Below are positions 26,781-33,565 of a DNA stretch of 40,648 bases, piece by piece. The position numbers and the translations under genes are program-made. Origin of the DNA: a virus. The DNA is taken from the IMG/VR virus record IMGVR_UViG_3300045988_174062. One strand, 5' to 3'. Every line of letters starts with the position of its first letter. The first letter of the stretch is position 1. Under the pieces are notes generated by a model. That model ran no database searches. It was not told the DNA's origin and saw nothing but the letters and a program-made list of their open reading frames with translations.

Positions 26781-27112
26781 ATTTATTTTAGCATCCATAT
26801 ATCCTTTTAAATATTCAATTTTAGGTTTATTTATTTTATCTAAAAGTATTAATTTTTCTAAAAAAATATTAATCATTTCTGTTTTAACGTTTTCTATCAT
26901 AATTCCGTTCACTACCTCCAAATTTTATACTTTTAAGTATTTTTAGTAATAAATATAGTCACATAAAGAACATATGTTCTCGGCATAACTATACCATTTA
27001 ATGGAATTATTTTCAATATATAACTTCAAAAGTTTGTGAAACCAAAAAAGGCGTATCTACTCTTGTTTATAAAGAATAAATACGCCTTTTATTTTTCATT
27101 TTTATTTTTTAT

Positions 27113-27141
27113 TTGACAAATCCTTTTAAAGGTTTTATTAT
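27113..27141 (+). promoter_or_regulatory. Sigma-A-type promoter for the replication-gene leader
   Basis: TTGACA (27113-27118), N17, TATTAT (27136-27141). Confidence 0.5.
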
Positions 27142-27164
27142 TATCTTAAAATTAAACATAAAAA

Positions 27165-27253
27165 AAGCCTACACCTTGATGGACATCTCACCTTCCATCT
27201 TGGCGAACTTATGATATCCAACCATATCAAAAGCTACTGTAGACTTATTTTTT
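27165..27253. ncRNA. Structured leader / candidate countertranscript element upstream of the replication initiator
   Basis: Long-range stem aagcctaca (27165-27173) / tgtagactt (27238-27246) with inner small hairpins (gatat-ccaacc-atatc). An A-run precedes it and a T-run follows, so it looks terminator-like on both strands. A minus-strand promoter-like TTGAAG-N17-TAATAT lies at 27303-27275. Confidence 0.35.
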
Positions 27254-27340
27254 ACATATATAATTTATGTAATAATATTAACATATATACGTTAATACTT
27301 CAATACTTAAGTTTATTTTTGTATAAAAATTTGTCCTCTT

Positions 27341-27372
27341 AGCCTTGATATTTTGATATCAAGGCTTTTTTA
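27341..27372 (+). terminator. Strong intrinsic terminator / attenuator immediately upstream of the replication-gene RBS
   Basis: agccttgatat (27341-27351), loop tttg, atatcaaggct (27356-27366), then TTTTT. The GGAGGAG RBS and the ATG at 27393 follow within 25 nt. Confidence 0.7.
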
Positions 27373-27392
27373 ATACGGAGGAGAATGACAAA

Positions 27393-28391
27393 ATGAGTAA
27401 TAATAAACCAAGAAAACATAATTTAAAATTTACATTACAAGGATTTAATCAATTAGAAGCTATAAAATTAGGATTAAACAATGATGATCTAACTGTATTA
27501 AGATGGTTTATAGATTTTAAAAATACAGGAGAAATGGAAAAAAACTACATACCAAGTATAAATGACATGGGGCATTGGGTTAATTACTCTACGTTAGTAG
27601 ATAGTTTACCTATTTTATTAAAAGATGGAAATAAATATTTAGAAGAATACTTAGAACTTGAGAAAGCTTATTATAAACTAGATGAAGATTCATATAAAAA
27701 ACTTCGTAAAAAATACATGGAGAAGTATTTAAAGAAAGTACAAAGAATACTATCAGGTAACTTAAGCAAGGTATTAAAAAGAGATTTAACTAAATTAGGA
27801 GAAGAAAAAGGAACTAAAGTATATTTATATGTTGATGAAGAAGCATATAAGAAACTTATATCTAATACAAATATGAATGATTTTTTAAGAGATAATGGTG
27901 TCCAGTACACACAGGACAAAAGTGTCCAGTACACACAGGACAAAAGTGTCCAGTACACACAGGACAAAAGTGTCCAGTCAGATTCTTCTACTAATGATTC
28001 TTCTACTAATGATTCTTCTACTACACAGTCGGAACAAAATGTTCCTGTAGTGGAAACAAATAAAGAACTTATAGAATCAAAAACTCATTTACTTTTAGAT
28101 AGTAAAAATAAAATAGATAAAGTTGCTAAATGGAATAAAGATAGATTAGTAAAAGCTATAGATATATTTGTAGAGCAAGGTGGACAATACTTCTCTTTAT
28201 TAGAAAAGATATACAAAGATGATAAGAACTTTGCACCAAAAGAATTTAAAGTTACTAATAATCAAATGACACAATCTGAAGTTATTTATAAGCCAAATAG
28301 AGCACATAATGTAAATAATACATTTTTAAATTATACTCCAGAGGAGCTTGAAAAACTTCTTCAAGAAAGTCAAAAAAATAAGTTTAAATAA
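27393..28391 (+). CDS. Replication initiator / replisome-organiser-like protein with internal iterons
   Basis: 332 aa. The N-terminal winged-helix-like segment (LTVLRWFIDFKNTG...WVNYSTLVDSLPIL) resembles the plasmid RepA_N / phage replisome organiser / DnaD-type N-termini. The central part is encoded by tandem DNA repeats. The gene lies beside the partition genes. Confidence 0.5.
   Translation: MSNNKPRKHNLKFTLQGFNQLEAIKLGLNNDDLTVLRWFIDFKNTGEMEKNYIPSINDMGHWVNYSTLVDSLPILLKDGNKYLEEYLELEKAYYKLDEDSYKKLRKKYMEKYLKKVQRILSGNLSKVLKRDLTKLGEEKGTKVYLYVDEEAYKKLISNTNMNDFLRDNGVQYTQDKSVQYTQDKSVQYTQDKSVQSDSSTNDSSTNDSSTTQSEQNVPVVETNKELIESKTHLLLDSKNKIDKVAKWNKDRLVKAIDIFVEQGGQYFSLLEKIYKDDKNFAPKEFKVTNNQMTQSEVIYKPNRAHNVNNTFLNYTPEELEKLLQESQKNKFK
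27898..27980. repeat. 3.4 tandem copies of a 24-bp iteron (gtgtccagtacacacaggacaaaa)
   Basis: Perfect copies at 27898-27921, 27922-27945 and 27946-27969, plus a partial copy at 27970-27980. Each unit contains the imperfect palindrome TGTCCAGT..ACAGGACA. The repeats encode (S/G)VQYTQDK x3. Confidence 0.9.
27981..28023. repeat. 2.9 tandem copies of a 15-bp repeat (gattcttctactaat)
   Basis: Copies at 27981-27995 and 27996-28010, with a partial copy at 28011-28023. The repeats encode DSSTN x3. Confidence 0.9.
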
Positions 28392-28526
28392 AAACTTATG
28401 ATGAGACAAGCTTAAGGGAGAAAGAAATTCTTTCTTATTTGATGAAACTGAACCTTGGTAGATAGATAATATAGATAAATTAGTTAATAAATTAAAAAAC
28501 AATCCAATAAACAGGAGGTATAAATA

Positions 28527-28877
28527 ATGAATGAAAAATGGGCAAATAAAGCTAATGAGAATTTATATTCATACTATATGGAACATCCTCTTGAATTTAG
28601 AGAAAAACATGTAGCTATACAAACAATATTAGTTGATTATGCAGAAGAAAATAAGTTACTTTTGCATCCAGATTGGTTTGACTATCCAGAAAATATAATT
28701 AAATATACTAATATTGAACAAAATTTAAATACTAAAAATAAAAGAGAACGTAGTGAAGAAGCATATCATAATGCTGCCTTTGGAGCATGGCATGAATATG
28801 ATGATAGACAAAAAGAATATGTTTTAAATTACGCTAAAGAAAATGGATACTTTATACCATCTAATTGGATAAAGTAA
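28527..28877 (+). CDS. Hypothetical protein
   Basis: 116-aa ORF with a strong AGGAGG RBS. Confidence 0.6.
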   Translation: MNEKWANKANENLYSYYMEHPLEFREKHVAIQTILVDYAEENKLLLHPDWFDYPENIIKYTNIEQNLNTKNKRERSEEAYHNAAFGAWHEYDDRQKEYVLNYAKENGYFIPSNWIK

Positions 28878-28957
28878 TAAGTTGTATTGATAAATTTCAT
28901 AAAACTTATTTAAAAATTACTTAGACTTAAAAAACATACGTGATATATGGAGGGGTT

Positions 28958-29356
28958 ATGACTAAAAAAACAATGCTAGACTTTGAAGATTTAATTTTTG
29001 ATGTATATTTTGCAATTAATGGTGTATCTATACATGATCAAGAATTATTTGATGATATTGAATTAAGAGGGAATTCAAAACTAATATCATACTTGATAAA
29101 CAATAGATTTTATATATTAGTATTAAATGACTTTGATATTGTTATGGCTATAGTTTACAACCATGAAATTTACCATAATTTGATTGAAGAAATCGAAGCT
29201 GATGCAACTAATATTGATTTTTATGATGTAAGAAAAATTTTTACTGATACTAATGGAGTATATACACCAAGTTTACTTGATGTAAAAAGAATAATCACTA
29301 GATGCTACTATAAAAATGAATTAGATAATTTAAGTAATATCGTAAAAAATAGCTAA
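28958..29356 (+). CDS. Hypothetical protein
   Basis: I prefer the ATG at 28958 (GGAGGGG RBS) over the track's GTG at 28940. 132 aa. Confidence 0.55.
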   Translation: MTKKTMLDFEDLIFDVYFAINGVSIHDQELFDDIELRGNSKLISYLINNRFYILVLNDFDIVMAIVYNHEIYHNLIEEIEADATNIDFYDVRKIFTDTNGVYTPSLLDVKRIITRCYYKNELDNLSNIVKNS

Positions 29357-29670
29357 TGATAATACTATTTGAACCAATTCTATTATTATCTAAATAAAAT
29401 AATCATAAAGAGTATGCAATAAAAGATGATGAATAAAAACAATGTAAAAAAATAAAATTCGAAATTACTTCTTAGTAGAAAAAAGCACTTGGACAACAAA
29501 AGAGTAAGAGGAAATTATATAACATTCCTCTACTCTATTTTTTAAGTTAATAGTATAAAACATAGTACTATCAATATGTATATGATATAATAATAGAGGA
29601 ATTGAAATCTATAGAGTGGTGTTTCATTCAAGAACTTACCTACTTCTTTGCAGGAAGGAGGTGAGGAAGT

Positions 29671-29850
29671 ATGGAACAAAAGATAATTGTCGGTATTATA
29701 AGTGCTATTGGTGCAATATGTCTTGGTCTAATGACTAATTATATATCTGACAAATTAAAAAGCCACTCTATGCGAGAGAGTGGCTTAGAGATTAAAATTA
29801 AGTTAAAATTTTTTGAACTTAATTTTAAACTTAAAAATTCTAAAAAATAA
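29671..29850 (+). CDS. Type I toxin candidate 1 (59-aa membrane peptide with Lys-rich tail)
   Basis: My own translation: MEQKIIVGIISAIGAICLGLMTNYISDKLKSHSMRESGLEIKIKLKFFELNFKLKNSKK. A GGAAGGAGGTGAGG RBS is present. An extended -10 TGATATAAT lies at 29583-29591 and a downstream terminator at 29942-29974. Confidence 0.6.
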   Translation: MEQKIIVGIISAIGAICLGLMTNYISDKLKSHSMRESGLEIKIKLKFFELNFKLKNSKK

Positions 29851-29898
29851 TTTTTAGGAACATCACTCTACTGCTAAATAGATTTCAATTCCTTTTAT
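29752..29898 (-). ncRNA. Candidate antitoxin sRNA 1 (antisense to the 3' half of toxin 1 mRNA)
   Basis: A minus-strand extended -10 TGTTATAAT lies at 29913-29905. The hairpin agccactct/agagtggct (29761-29785) is followed on the minus strand by a T-run, so the terminator is embedded in the toxin ORF. The ends are approximate. Confidence 0.4.
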
Positions 29899-29941
29899 AT
29901 TTATATTATAACATAATCAAATATGTTTTAAACTAATTTTT

Positions 29942-29974
29942 GAGATATAGATTAATTTCTATATCTCTTTTTTT
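29942..29974 (+). terminator. Rho-independent terminator (toxin 1 mRNA)
   Basis: gagatatag(a) ... (t)ctatatctc followed by T7. Confidence 0.65.
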
Positions 29975-30134
29975 ACTATTTTGAATAAATTAAAATTATT
30001 ATTGATATATAAATTATTTCTTAGTAGAAAAAAGCACTTTGATAAAATAAGAATATGAAAAAATGATTAATAATAATGCAACAGTATATTAACTAAAATA
30101 AGTATAAAGTTAATATATTATTTATTTTTCAAAG

Positions 30135-30321
30135 TTAAAATTTTATAAAAAATTATAAAATTTTATAAAAATACGATTTGTATAAATTTTATAATTTTTT
30201 ACACTAATTTATAATTTTTTGCAAAATTTTATAAAAAATAATGAAATTAAATATTGCAAAATTTTATAAAATTTGGTAAAATTCAATTAAAGTTGAATAA
30301 GTTTTATAAAGTTTTGTAAAA
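30135..30321. repeat. Centromere-like array (parC candidate) of TTTTATAAAA palindromic decamers, overlapping the par promoter
   Basis: Perfect ttttataaaa at 30141, 30161, 30227 and 30262. There are at least 5 degenerate copies (30151, 30187, 30207, 30302, 30312). ttgcaaaattttataaaa is duplicated at 30219 and 30254. The promoter TTGCAA (30254-30259), N17, TAAAAT (30277-30282) lies inside the array. Confidence 0.6.
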
Positions 30322-30334
30322 GGAGGTGATAAAC

Positions 30335-30550
30335 TTGAGTAGGATTGTTTTAACTTTCAAAAATAACGATAAAGAAAAAGCAATAGAATCTTTTTTAGAT
30401 AGCAAAGTTTCTCCTACTGCTTATATAAAGGAGCTAGTATGGGAGGCTATGAATAACGGAACTATAACAATACCTGTTATATCAGAAGAGCAAAACCAAG
30501 AACAAGAATCCACTAAAAAAAGTAAACCTAAAGTTGGTGGATTTAGATAA
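30335..30550 (+). CDS. parR: ParR-like centromere-binding adaptor (ribbon-helix-helix-type N-terminus)
   Basis: I prefer the TTG at 30335 (AAGGAGG RBS 8 nt upstream). The track's GTG at 30326 sits inside the RBS. The product is about 71 aa: SRIVLTFKNNDKEKAIESFL... (beta strand then helices), with a basic tail. It lies directly upstream of parM. Confidence 0.5.
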   Translation: MSRIVLTFKNNDKEKAIESFLDSKVSPTAYIKELVWEAMNNGTITIPVISEEQNQEQESTKKSKPKVGGFR

Positions 30551-30593
30551 ATGTACATTTAAAATTTAATATTAGAACATTGGAGGAATGAGT

Positions 30594-31535
30594 ATGAAAT
30601 TTGTTAGCGCAGGAATAGACTTAGGAAATAGTATGCTAAAGGCTACTAAAGAATTAAATGGTAAAAAGGTTAATGTGAAAGTTCCAAATAGAGTTCAGTA
30701 TGAAAAATCAATTAACCCTAAAGCAAAAAAAGTTGAATTTAATGGACAAACAATATACATAGGAGTCGGAGAACTTAACAATAATGTTCAAAAACATTCA
30801 AGAAAACATCTGTTAGAGCAAACTTTTGTTATGTTACATGAATTATATCCAAATGAATCAGCTTTAAAAGTTGATTTGAGATTAGGTTTACCACCAGTTC
30901 AATATTTTAATGATGCTCATAAAAGTAATTTTGCAAATATGTTCCCTATAGGTAAGCAATTTGATTTTACTGTAAATGGAATAAATAAGAAGGTTACTTT
31001 TGTATCGTTAGAAATATTTGTAGAAGGATATTCTGCTTTTGTTTCAAATATAGAAAGCATTGGAGATAATAAACAAGATATACTTTCAATTGATGTAGGT
31101 GGAGGTACAACTGATATATGTAGCTTCTCATATGATTATGATGATGAAATGTATTATCCAAATGATACTTTAACTGTACCAAAAGGAGTTATAGATTACG
31201 GTATAGAGATAGCCAATCATTTTAATGAAGTTGAAAATGCAGATATATCAAGTAAATATATAGATAATTTACTTAAAAATAATATTGAAGTAATTGAATA
31301 TAAAGGTAATAAATATAATCTTGAAAATTATTTATCTTCAATAGAGCCAATAGTAAATGACACTACTAATAAGATAACTAATAAGTTCGGTGAACTTGAT
31401 AGATATATTGTAGTTGGAGTTGGTGGTGGTTATAAGACATATAACAGAATGATTAAAGATAGAATAGCAGCAGAGATAGAATTAGATGAATATGCTCAAT
31501 TTTTCGGCAATTCAGAAGGATATTTAGAGCAATAA
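30594..31535 (+). CDS. parM: ParM/StbA-family actin-like segregation ATPase
   Basis: GIDLGNSMLKA (phosphate-1) and LSIDVGGGTTDI (phosphate-2) are actin-fold motifs. About 313 aa. I prefer the ATG at 30594 on RBS spacing. Confidence 0.8.
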   Translation: MKFVSAGIDLGNSMLKATKELNGKKVNVKVPNRVQYEKSINPKAKKVEFNGQTIYIGVGELNNNVQKHSRKHLLEQTFVMLHELYPNESALKVDLRLGLPPVQYFNDAHKSNFANMFPIGKQFDFTVNGINKKVTFVSLEIFVEGYSAFVSNIESIGDNKQDILSIDVGGGTTDICSFSYDYDDEMYYPNDTLTVPKGVIDYGIEIANHFNEVENADISSKYIDNLLKNNIEVIEYKGNKYNLENYLSSIEPIVNDTTNKITNKFGELDRYIVVGVGGGYKTYNRMIKDRIAAEIELDEYAQFFGNSEGYLEQ

Positions 31536-31540
31536 AATAA

Positions 31541-31573
31541 AAGTCAGTAGGTATCACTCTACTCTACTGACTT
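31541..31573 (+). terminator. Hairpin after parM (no clear U-tract)
   Basis: aagtcagtag (31541-31550) pairs with ctactgactt (31564-31573). Confidence 0.35.
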
Positions 31574-31682
31574 AAGACAATATAATTACAATAAAAAAGA
31601 CACATCCAAAGTGGAATATGCCTTTACCCTCGCAAGTAATAGTATATACCACTTGGATGCAAAATTCAAGGAGGAAAATACA

Positions 31683-31871
31683 ATGATATTAAAATACATA
31701 AATACAATGGCAAGATTAGAAAAAAGAGAGGGTAAATTAGGAACTATGATAGGGATTTTATTATCAATAGTGATGTTATTAATCGGTATTATGATAGTTA
31801 TGTTTGGATTACATATAATGAGTAAAGCATCTATAAATTTACTTGAATATATAAATGATATATTTTATTAA
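31683..31871 (+). CDS. Small membrane protein (62 aa)
   Basis: An AAGGAGG RBS lies 8 nt upstream of the ATG at 31683. Hydrophobic core: MIGILLSIVMLLIGIMIVMFGLHIM. The track's longer start at 31611 lacks an RBS. Confidence 0.5.
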   Translation: MILKYINTMARLEKREGKLGTMIGILLSIVMLLIGIMIVMFGLHIMSKASINLLEYINDIFY

Positions 31872-31880
31872 GGAGTTTTT

Positions 31881-32024
31881 ATGATGGAGCAATTATATTT
31901 TGAGGAAGTATTAGATAATCTTTTTGTATCTAATACTTGTAGAAAATGCAAGAATAATTGTAAAGTATTATGTATATCTGAAGATGCAATTATATATTGT
32001 AGGAACTTTGAAATAATTTACTAG
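31881..32024 (+). CDS. Small Cys-rich protein (47 aa)
   Basis: My own translation: MMEQLYFEEVLDNLFVSNTCRKCKNNCKVLCISEDAIIYCRNFEIIY. An AAGGAG RBS is present and the terminator at 32032-32065 follows. Confidence 0.4.
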   Translation: MMEQLYFEEVLDNLFVSNTCRKCKNNCKVLCISEDAIIYCRNFEIIY

Positions 32025-32031
32025 ATAATAA

Positions 32032-32065
32032 AAAGGCATATGAGGTTAATCATATGCCTTTTTAT
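32032..32065 (+). terminator. Rho-independent terminator
   Basis: aaaggcatatga / tcatatgccttt with loop ggttaa, then a T-run. Confidence 0.75.
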
Positions 32066-32230
32066 TGTAAAAATTAATTGTAAAAAATGTCCCTTTTAAT
32101 ATATCATATATATGTTTTTTTGAAAACCTAAAAATCCGAGTAGAGAAAAACAACTTAACCAAAAGGATTAGATGTTTCTTGTATAGAAATAGTTTCTTAT
32201 AGAATTGAAAATATAAAAGGTGGTGTTTCA

Positions 32231-32539
32231 TTGCTAAAGAAACTAAAGAAAAATGATTATAATTGGACTGGAAAATACATTAAAGAATATAATCAAATGG
32301 TTTCATATTATGAGAAACAGTTAGAGGAAAAGAATAGGATCATCGACTCTTTAAGTATAGAAAATAAGAATTTAAAAAATAGCATAAAGTTTCAAGGGAA
32401 ACAGAAACAAATTTCAGATAAAGACATAAATAAAATAAGAAAATTAAAAAATGAAGGTAAGAGTTATAGTTACATATCGAGTGAAACGGGATGGAGCAAG
32501 GCAACTATAAGTAGAGTTATTAATAATAAAAATTATTAA
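32231..32539 (+). CDS. Coiled-coil protein with a resolvase-type C-terminal HTH only (no catalytic domain)
   Basis: 102 aa with a TTG start. The C-terminus KIRKLKNEGKSYSYISSETGWSKATISRVINNK looks like the HTH_7-type domain of serine recombinases. Confidence 0.55.
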   Translation: MLKKLKKNDYNWTGKYIKEYNQMVSYYEKQLEEKNRIIDSLSIENKNLKNSIKFQGKQKQISDKDINKIRKLKNEGKSYSYISSETGWSKATISRVINNKNY

Positions 32540-32625
32540 AAAAATAGTCGATAAAATAAACAAAATTTGTTTACAAAAACAACCAAAAATGGTATTATAA
32601 TATTAAAGTTGAGGAGGGTAAGACA

Positions 32626-32979
32626 ATGAAAGTAACTGAATTTGGAAAATTCTCAAGAAAATTACGAATTGAGAATGATGAATTACTTAGAGATATGGCT
32701 AATAAGCTAGGTGTTACAGCTTCTTATTTATCTGCTGTAGAAATAGGTAAAAGAAATATACCAAAAAAATGGGAAAATATTATTGTTAACGCTTATCAGC
32801 TTGATAATAGTAAAGCCTTGGAATTAAGAGAGTCAATAGAGTACTCTATAAAAGTAATAAATATAGAGGTAGAACAATTAAATAATGAAGATAAAAATTT
32901 AATATTTATGTTAGCTAGAAAGGTTAATAATCTTGATGAAAAAGATAAAAATGAATTAAGAGAAATTTTATTTAGGTAA
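32626..32979 (+). CDS. XRE-family HTH protein (ImmR-like partner of the metallopeptidase)
   Basis: FGKFSRKLRIENDELLRDMANKLGVTASYLSAVEIGKRNIP is an XRE HTH. A GAGGAGGG RBS is present. Confidence 0.75.
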   Translation: MKVTEFGKFSRKLRIENDELLRDMANKLGVTASYLSAVEIGKRNIPKKWENIIVNAYQLDNSKALELRESIEYSIKVINIEVEQLNNEDKNLIFMLARKVNNLDEKDKNELREILFR

Positions 32980-32992
32980 AGAGGTGATAGAT

Positions 32993-33538
32993 TTGTCCTA
33001 TAAAACCAGGCCAAGATCTATAAAAGAAATACGCAATAAAGCAGAGATAGTTAGATCAATTATCCAAATTACAACAAACACATCTGGTGATAGTATAGAT
33101 ATTTTAAGGTTTGTGGAAAATGAAATAAGAGATAAAATAGATGAAAATTTCAATTTTATAGTATGTACTGAAGATGAGATGAAATCTAACTATGGAACAA
33201 CTTATTTAAATAAAAATACTATATGTATACGTGAAGATGTATACTATAGAGCTTGTGATGGTAATAGTAGAGATTTATTTACTATAGCCCATGAGTTAGG
33301 ACATTTATTTCTTCATTCGAATCAAAATGTTGAGTTAGCTAGGTCATCATCAGACGTGAAATTATATGAAGATGCAGAATGGCAAGCTAATACATTTGCT
33401 GCAGAATTGCTTATGCCTGCTAAATTAATAACTGAATGTGATACTCATTTTACTTTGATGAATCGATTTGGAGTTTCATATGAAGCAGCAGATATAAGAT
33501 TGAAAAAATTAGGTATTTATAACACTCAGTGTTGTTGA
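32993..33538 (+). CDS. ImmA/IrrE-family zinc metallopeptidase (COG2856-like)
   Basis: The HEXXH motif TIAHELGHLFLH plus downstream EWQANTFAAELLMP. The start is ambiguous: TTG at 32993 is preferred on RBS spacing, against the track's GTG at 32984. Confidence 0.8.
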   Translation: MSYKTRPRSIKEIRNKAEIVRSIIQITTNTSGDSIDILRFVENEIRDKIDENFNFIVCTEDEMKSNYGTTYLNKNTICIREDVYYRACDGNSRDLFTIAHELGHLFLHSNQNVELARSSSDVKLYEDAEWQANTFAAELLMPAKLITECDTHFTLMNRFGVSYEAADIRLKKLGIYNTQCC

Positions 33539-33565
33539 TATAAATATAAATAAAATAAAATAAAA

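Noticed and set aside
26790-26912. Possible 46-aa minus-strand ORF convergent with the repressor gene
   Set aside because: GGAGG lies 14 nt from the ATG, which is too far. The ORF overlaps the repressor terminator. No motif was recognised.
27671-27967. 98-aa minus-strand ORF with the repeated MSCVYWTLLSCVYWTLLSCVYWT
   Set aside because: It is the reverse-strand reading of the 24-bp iterons inside the replication initiator gene. No RBS is present, and the repeat explains the odd peptide.
27898-28023. Possible CRISPR array (tandem 24-bp and 15-bp repeats)
   Set aside because: The repeats are directly abutting with no spacers and lie in-frame within a coding region. They fit iterons or a protein repeat, not CRISPR. 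The 30135-30321 array is likewise unspaced short palindromes.
31551-31563. The atcactctact string shared between the parM terminator loop and the TA-1 3' region (29861-29873), and the general recurrence of CACTCT/AGAGTG stems (26-54, 29761-29785, 33998-34029, 35158-35186)
   Set aside because: The recurrence is real, but the shared strings are short (8-11 nt). This could simply reflect a preferred GC-containing stem composition for terminators in an AT-rich genome. It is not enough to propose a mobile or repeated element.
32046-32231. 61-aa minus-strand ORF, also 32796..33014 and 30994..31182
   Set aside because: The first lies in a promoter/terminator intergenic region without an RBS. The other two are antisense to the XRE/ImmA and parM genes.
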